DNA from: Promethearchaeota archaeon
GTDB lineage: Archaea > Asgardarchaeota > Thorarchaeia > Thorarchaeales > Thorarchaeaceae
Assembly (NCBI GenBank): GCA_027031765.1
Contig: JALVPN010000164.1
Location: 1-10,954 of the forward strand
Direction of reading: 5' to 3'
Length of the DNA: 10,954 nt
Both the position numbers and the translations under genes were made by a program. Below, piece by piece: positions 7,421 to 10,954 of the stretch (the stretch's first letter is position 1; the number at the start of each line of letters is the position of its first letter). Below the pieces are notes generated by a model, which ran no database searches, was not told where the DNA came from, and worked only from the letters and a program-made list of their open reading frames with translations.

Positions 7421-7789
7421 TCAGAGTACACGGCCCGGACTGGTCGACACCTCAAGTGCGTGGACGGCATGGTCGCATCTGCCAGTCACCAGGTGGGCGC
7501 GCCGGGTCTGCGGGCCAGTGCCGAGTATCACCCGTGCTGGGCCCAGCTAGGCAGAGGCATACGCAAGACGAGGAGGACAGGAGGTCTCTCGGCCCGCACA
7601 TCACGTCAGGTCTCGGGGGCGCGGTTGAAACGGATGCCGGTGGTGTGTGGTAGAAGGAGGGGCCTGAAACTGGTGTTGCACGGGTGCCGGTGCGAGGGGC
7701 GTACAGGAGTGGGCCCCCATCCATCCCATACCGGCCCCGAGGCAAGGGAGGCCCACACGTCAGGAGACCAGCTGTCGAGAGCCGGACGC

Positions 7790-7796
7790 TTAAATA
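7790..7796 (+). promoter_or_regulatory. Archaeal TATA box TTAAATA for the 7828 gene
   Basis: AT-rich box 31 nt before ATG 7828, consistent with a short leader. Confidence 0.6.
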
Positions 7797-7827
7797 CGAC
7801 CGAGGGGAAGCGGTGGCATGAACAAGG

Positions 7828-8445
7828 ATGAGCGACGAGGAGTCAGACGGGGCCGGGCCGGCCCCCAAGGAGATGGCCGAAGAGATAGTCGCGGCAGTGG
7901 AGGATGTGGCGGAGGAGGGGGCTGAAGAGGACGGCCTGACACGCCGGGAGCGAGCGATTGAACGAAGACACGAGAGTGAACGGGTCCGGCGGGCCCGCGA
8001 GCTACGGAAGAAGCTGCGCAAGAGAGAGCTGGGACTGTTGCACTACCGTTGGCCTGCGGCAGTCCTCTTCCTGGCGGGTGTGCTGTCTGTCTGGACGGAG
8101 TACCTGCCGGTCATGGTACATCCGGAGGGGATAGGTTTTGACTCCTTTGCGAGCGCGTTTGCAGAGTACCCGAATGTGTTCTTCCTGTTCCCACTCATTG
8201 CTGGGGTCATGCTCATTGTGATTGCGTTCTTTGCATACTCAGACCCGAGGGCAACGTTCGCATCAATCATCCCAGCCATGATTGCGGTGATGGCCGGCGC
8301 GAATGTCTACTTCCTAGTATCAGTGGGGCTGTACGCCAACCCGGACGTGGGGGCAACCGACCTATATGCTACAGGCACTCCGCTCTCGATGATGATGGTG
8401 GGCCTGCTGAGTGTCCTTGCGGTCGTCCTGCGCGAGAAGGAGTGA
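7828..8445 (+). CDS. Hypothetical membrane protein, about 4 TM helices, with a charged N-terminal soluble region
   Basis: 205-aa ORF with an upstream TATA, an acidic then Arg/Lys-rich N-terminus, and four hydrophobic stretches (WPAAVLFLAGVLSVW; VFFLFPLIAGVMLIVIAFFAY; FASIIPAMIAVMAGANVYFLVSVGLY; LSMMMVGLLSVLAVVL). No family recognised. Confidence 0.8.
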   Translation: MSDEESDGAGPAPKEMAEEIVAAVEDVAEEGAEEDGLTRRERAIERRHESERVRRARELRKKLRKRELGLLHYRWPAAVLFLAGVLSVWTEYLPVMVHPEGIGFDSFASAFAEYPNVFFLFPLIAGVMLIVIAFFAYSDPRATFASIIPAMIAVMAGANVYFLVSVGLYANPDVGATDLYATGTPLSMMMVGLLSVLAVVLREKE

Positions 8446-8456
8446 ACCGTGGGCGC

Positions 8457-9032
8457 TCACATGTCGAAGTAGCGGTCGAGGACACCCTGGGCCTCCAGCT
8501 CCTCCATCCAGTCGATACGTGTGGAAACACCGTCACAGTCACTGAGCTCAAGTATCCGCTGCAGGACCTCATCGGGAGTGAGGTCAGTGGCGTCCACTTC
8601 CACGACAAGCGACTCACCAAATGCATCAATGGCATCCATCTGGCACATCCCGATGACTTCGGCCTGGACGTTCTCGGCGACCTTGTTTTCAGAGTACCCG
8701 CGTGCCCGGAGTCGGGCCCTGAGGGTCTCCGGGTACACCCTGAGGACGAACACCTTCTTGACGTGCTCACGTGGCACGAGGTCAACATAGTGGCCCTCAA
8801 TCACGAGCGGGTGATCCACCGGACGCGACTCGGCAAGGTCGAGGATGGCGTCAACAACACAGTCCTCATCAATCACGTCCGTATCGCGCTCGGCGTCGTG
8901 GGACGATATGCAGCCGGAAGAGACTACTAGGTCTCCAAGTGAGATACACTCCACGCCGAGGCGCGAGGCGAGCAGTCGTGCCACTGTGCTCTTGCCCGTC
9001 CCCGGGGTGCCACTTACCAGGATTGCGCGCAT
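8457..9032 (-). CDS. Adenylate kinase 6 / Fap7 (CINAP) family P-loop kinase
   Basis: ILVSGTPGTGKST P-loop, the AK6-type VIEGHY (hhh[D/E]xH) motif, and RLRARGYSENKVAENVQAE. ATG 9032 (MRAILV) is more likely than the 9080 start in the ORF track. Confidence 0.9.
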   Translation of the reverse strand: MRAILVSGTPGTGKSTVARLLASRLGVECISLGDLVVSSGCISSHDAERDTDVIDEDCVVDAILDLAESRPVDHPLVIEGHYVDLVPREHVKKVFVLRVYPETLRARLRARGYSENKVAENVQAEVIGMCQMDAIDAFGESLVVEVDATDLTPDEVLQRILELSDCDGVSTRIDWMEELEAQGVLDRYFDM

Positions 9033-9163
9033 ACCGGGTGTGCCATATGCTAGTGCTGATAAACAATCCCGTACAGACATGTCCCTGTCGGTCTGACCGG
9101 CCCGTCCCGGTCAGAATAGACCTATAAGACTCGAAGGACAGAAGCTTGTCACGGAGCACAACT

Positions 9164-9958
9164 ATGATGTCGGCAGACCTCGGAGTACCGCCCCGCATGG
9201 TCGCGGTCATGGCACTGGTACTGCTCGTGGTAGCAGGCATGATATGGGGGACGGCCCCGGCGGTGGCATCAGTCGTAGTGTCCATTGCGCTGGGGTGCCT
9301 GCTGTGGGCGTTCATGGTACGTACTAGGCGGGGGGGCAGGGTCAGTGCGTACACTGTTGACAGGTCGGCACACAGTGGCGGCGACGACCCGCGCCACATC
9401 AGAATGCCCCTCCCCAAGCCGCGGGCGTTGCGACCGGGTGAGTTCGACGACCTTGTCTATAGAATCCAGAGGCTGGAGGAGGAGGACGACGAGGAATACG
9501 AGGAGTATGAGGAGGAGGACGATGAGGAATACGACGACATAAACTCCCTCATTGACACCGAGAGAGACCACATAGTAATCGGTATTGGGAGCGACCTGGT
9601 TGCTGACGAGATCCCCCTTGAAGTAATAGAGGGCATCACAGACACTGTAGTGACGAAGTTGCACAGCGCAGGGGTCAGCAACCTCTCCGACATGACATGT
9701 CTTGGAGCTGCCGACATAGCGTCGGTCTGTGATGTAGGGGTCGAGACTGCGGCCGAGTGGCTGGCAGATGCCATGTGCATAGTGGTGGGGGCTGGAGTGG
9801 ACGGTGTGCACGAGCTCGCAGACTGGCGTGCCGATGAGCTCCTCGAAGTCATAAGGGACGCAGTCCACGACGGCACAGTCCACCTGCCGGACGGCTACCA
9901 GGTCACGGAGGCAAAGGTAGTACACTGGATCTCGGCGGCCCGGGAGTACCTGTCATAG
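9164..9958 (+). CDS. Membrane-anchored protein with an acidic linker and C-terminal helix-hairpin-helix (HhH_5/DUF4332-like) domains
   Basis: Two N-terminal hydrophobic segments, a D/E/Y tract, then LEVIEGITDTVVTKLHSAGVSNLSD...DVGVETAAEW and AGVDGVHELA...VTEAKVVHWISAAR (DUF4332-like end). GGAG at 9153-9156 favours ATG 9164 over TTG 9146. Confidence 0.7.
   Translation: MMSADLGVPPRMVAVMALVLLVVAGMIWGTAPAVASVVVSIALGCLLWAFMVRTRRGGRVSAYTVDRSAHSGGDDPRHIRMPLPKPRALRPGEFDDLVYRIQRLEEEDDEEYEEYEEEDDEEYDDINSLIDTERDHIVIGIGSDLVADEIPLEVIEGITDTVVTKLHSAGVSNLSDMTCLGAADIASVCDVGVETAAEWLADAMCIVVGAGVDGVHELADWRADELLEVIRDAVHDGTVHLPDGYQVTEAKVVHWISAAREYLS
9476..9532 (+). repeat. Coding tandem duplication: 24-nt unit GAGGAGGAGGACGAYGAGGAATAC twice, period 33 nt
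   Basis: 9476-9499 and 9509-9532 differ at one base, and both encode EEEDDEEY. Confidence 0.85.
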
Positions 9959-10040
9959 TGTCACCCTCTGCGATTGTCTGCATAACTGATAAAAGTGCCA
10001 CACCGGGAGGAACGGCACCAGATAGGCCCGGAGGAAAGCC

Positions 10041-10523
10041 ATGTTGGCCGCTGAGTGGAAAATCAGGGAGTTCGAAGAGAGCGACCTCCCTGCGGTCATG
10101 GAACTCAACAGGACATGTCTGCCGGAGAACTATCCTGACAACTTCTTCATGGGCATCCACTATCACGCACCCAAGTCGTTCCTCGTGGCCGACACAGGCG
10201 GTTCTGTCATCGGGTACATCATGTGCAGGATTGAGCGCGGTATATCGAGCTTCGGCCACAGACCCGTAAAGAAGGGCCACATAGTGTCCGTAGCGGTCAG
10301 AAAGGACATGCGGCGTCGTGGGGTTGGCTCTGCACTCATCACAGCAGCGATGCGTGCGATGAACGACTACGGGGCGTCAGAGTACTTCCTTGAGGTGCGT
10401 CGTAGCAACGAGGACGCAATCTCAGTATACGAGAGACTCGGGTTCCGCATGGTGCGGGTCTTGAAAGCATACTACCGTGACGGTGAGGACGCATTCCTGA
10501 TGGTGCGTCAACGTATTGAATAG
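10041..10523 (+). CDS. ard1: N-terminal protein acetyltransferase, archaeal Ard1/RimI (GNAT) family
   Basis: LPENY, IGYIMCRIE, KKGHIVSVAV, RRRGVGSAL (acetyl-CoA motif), LEVRRSNEDA and YYRDGEDAFLM. SD GGAGG at 10030-10034. Confidence 0.92.
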   Translation: MLAAEWKIREFEESDLPAVMELNRTCLPENYPDNFFMGIHYHAPKSFLVADTGGSVIGYIMCRIERGISSFGHRPVKKGHIVSVAVRKDMRRRGVGSALITAAMRAMNDYGASEYFLEVRRSNEDAISVYERLGFRMVRVLKAYYRDGEDAFLMVRQRIE

Positions 10524-10547
10524 GGCGGTACACAGTTGACACCAGAC

Positions 10548-10954
10548 ATGCAGGTCCACCTCGTCCCGGCCTGTGCGCCATGCATGGTACACAGCGTGGT
10601 CGAGCTTGTCGCACGGCTCGATATCGGGCAACAGGAACGCGTGGAGCTCCTGCGCCTCGCCTATGACACGCTGGCCAAGGGGTTCGCAGAGCGACTCACC
10701 CCGGTCGAAGTGTCCATTGAGATGTACCAGCAGGTATACCGGGCAGCCGGTGTGTACGACCCGTATGCAGAGATAAAACGGGCGAGCATAAGGGCGGCCG
10801 AGTCTGCACTGCCAGAAGTGGAACGCGTGGTGGGGGCACTGGATGGTCATGCACGGCTGCGTGCGGCCCTCGCGTCCGCAGTGGCCGGCAACGTGATCGA
10901 CTTCAATACCAGCGGCCACCGGCCGGACCTCGGGGCACTGGTCAGTGTGTTCAG
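10548..10954 (+). CDS. DUF89/ARMT1-like metal-dependent damage-control phosphatase, 3' truncated by the window edge
   Basis: Hand translation: MQVHLVPACAPCMVHSV...YDPYAEIKRAS...AALASAVAGNVIDFN. The CxxC N-terminus, DPY..K and AGNxID motifs match archaeal DUF89 proteins. No stop before the window end. Confidence 0.85.
   Translation, partial: MQVHLVPACAPCMVHSVVELVARLDIGQQERVELLRLAYDTLAKGFAERLTPVEVSIEMYQQVYRAAGVYDPYAEIKRASIRAAESALPEVERVVGALDGHARLRAALASAVAGNVIDFNTSGHRPDLGALVSVF

Noticed and set aside
3618-7789. Integrated mobile element
   Set aside because: No integrase or transposase, no flanking direct or inverted repeats, and no tRNA target. It is called accessory-looking only.
9269-9925. 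218-aa minus-strand ORF with a hydrophobic stretch
   Set aside because: The hydrophobic run is the reverse complement of the acidic GAG/GAC tract in the + strand gene.
10422-10919. 165-aa minus-strand ORF
   Set aside because: Antisense to ard1 and to the DUF89 gene, which carries clear family motifs on the + strand.
1-10954. CRISPR array, tRNA or rRNA
   Set aside because: No regularly spaced 25-40 nt repeats, tRNA T-loop/cloverleaf signature or rRNA sequence was seen.

Overview
GC-rich archaeal DNA, most likely TACK/Asgard. Thorarchaeia is a low-confidence guess from gene content, with no search run. Left to right: a minus-strand pterin pair (GTP cyclohydrolase IB, FolE2/MptA family, cut by the left edge, plus a PTPS/QueD-family protein with the ExxHGH signature), then an ATP-dependent DNA ligase divergent from ribosomal protein S17e. 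Next is a ~4.2 kb accessory-looking block: two DNA amino-methyltransferases of different classes (beta DPPY and gamma NPPY) with no restriction endonuclease, separated by a ~310-nt potentially structured spacer and followed by a decayed minus-strand surface-protein remnant. The right part holds a 4-TM hypothetical protein, a Fap7/AK6 kinase, a membrane-anchored acidic helix-hairpin-helix (DUF4332-like) protein, an Ard1-type N-acetyltransferase and a DUF89/ARMT1-like phosphatase cut by the right edge. The two edge genes are missing from the ORF track and were translated by hand. I saw no rRNA, tRNA, CRISPR array, integrase or transposase. Best leads: the nuclease-free tandem methyltransferase locus with its spacer, the PTPS-III-type/GCH-IB pair, and the acidic membrane HhH protein.
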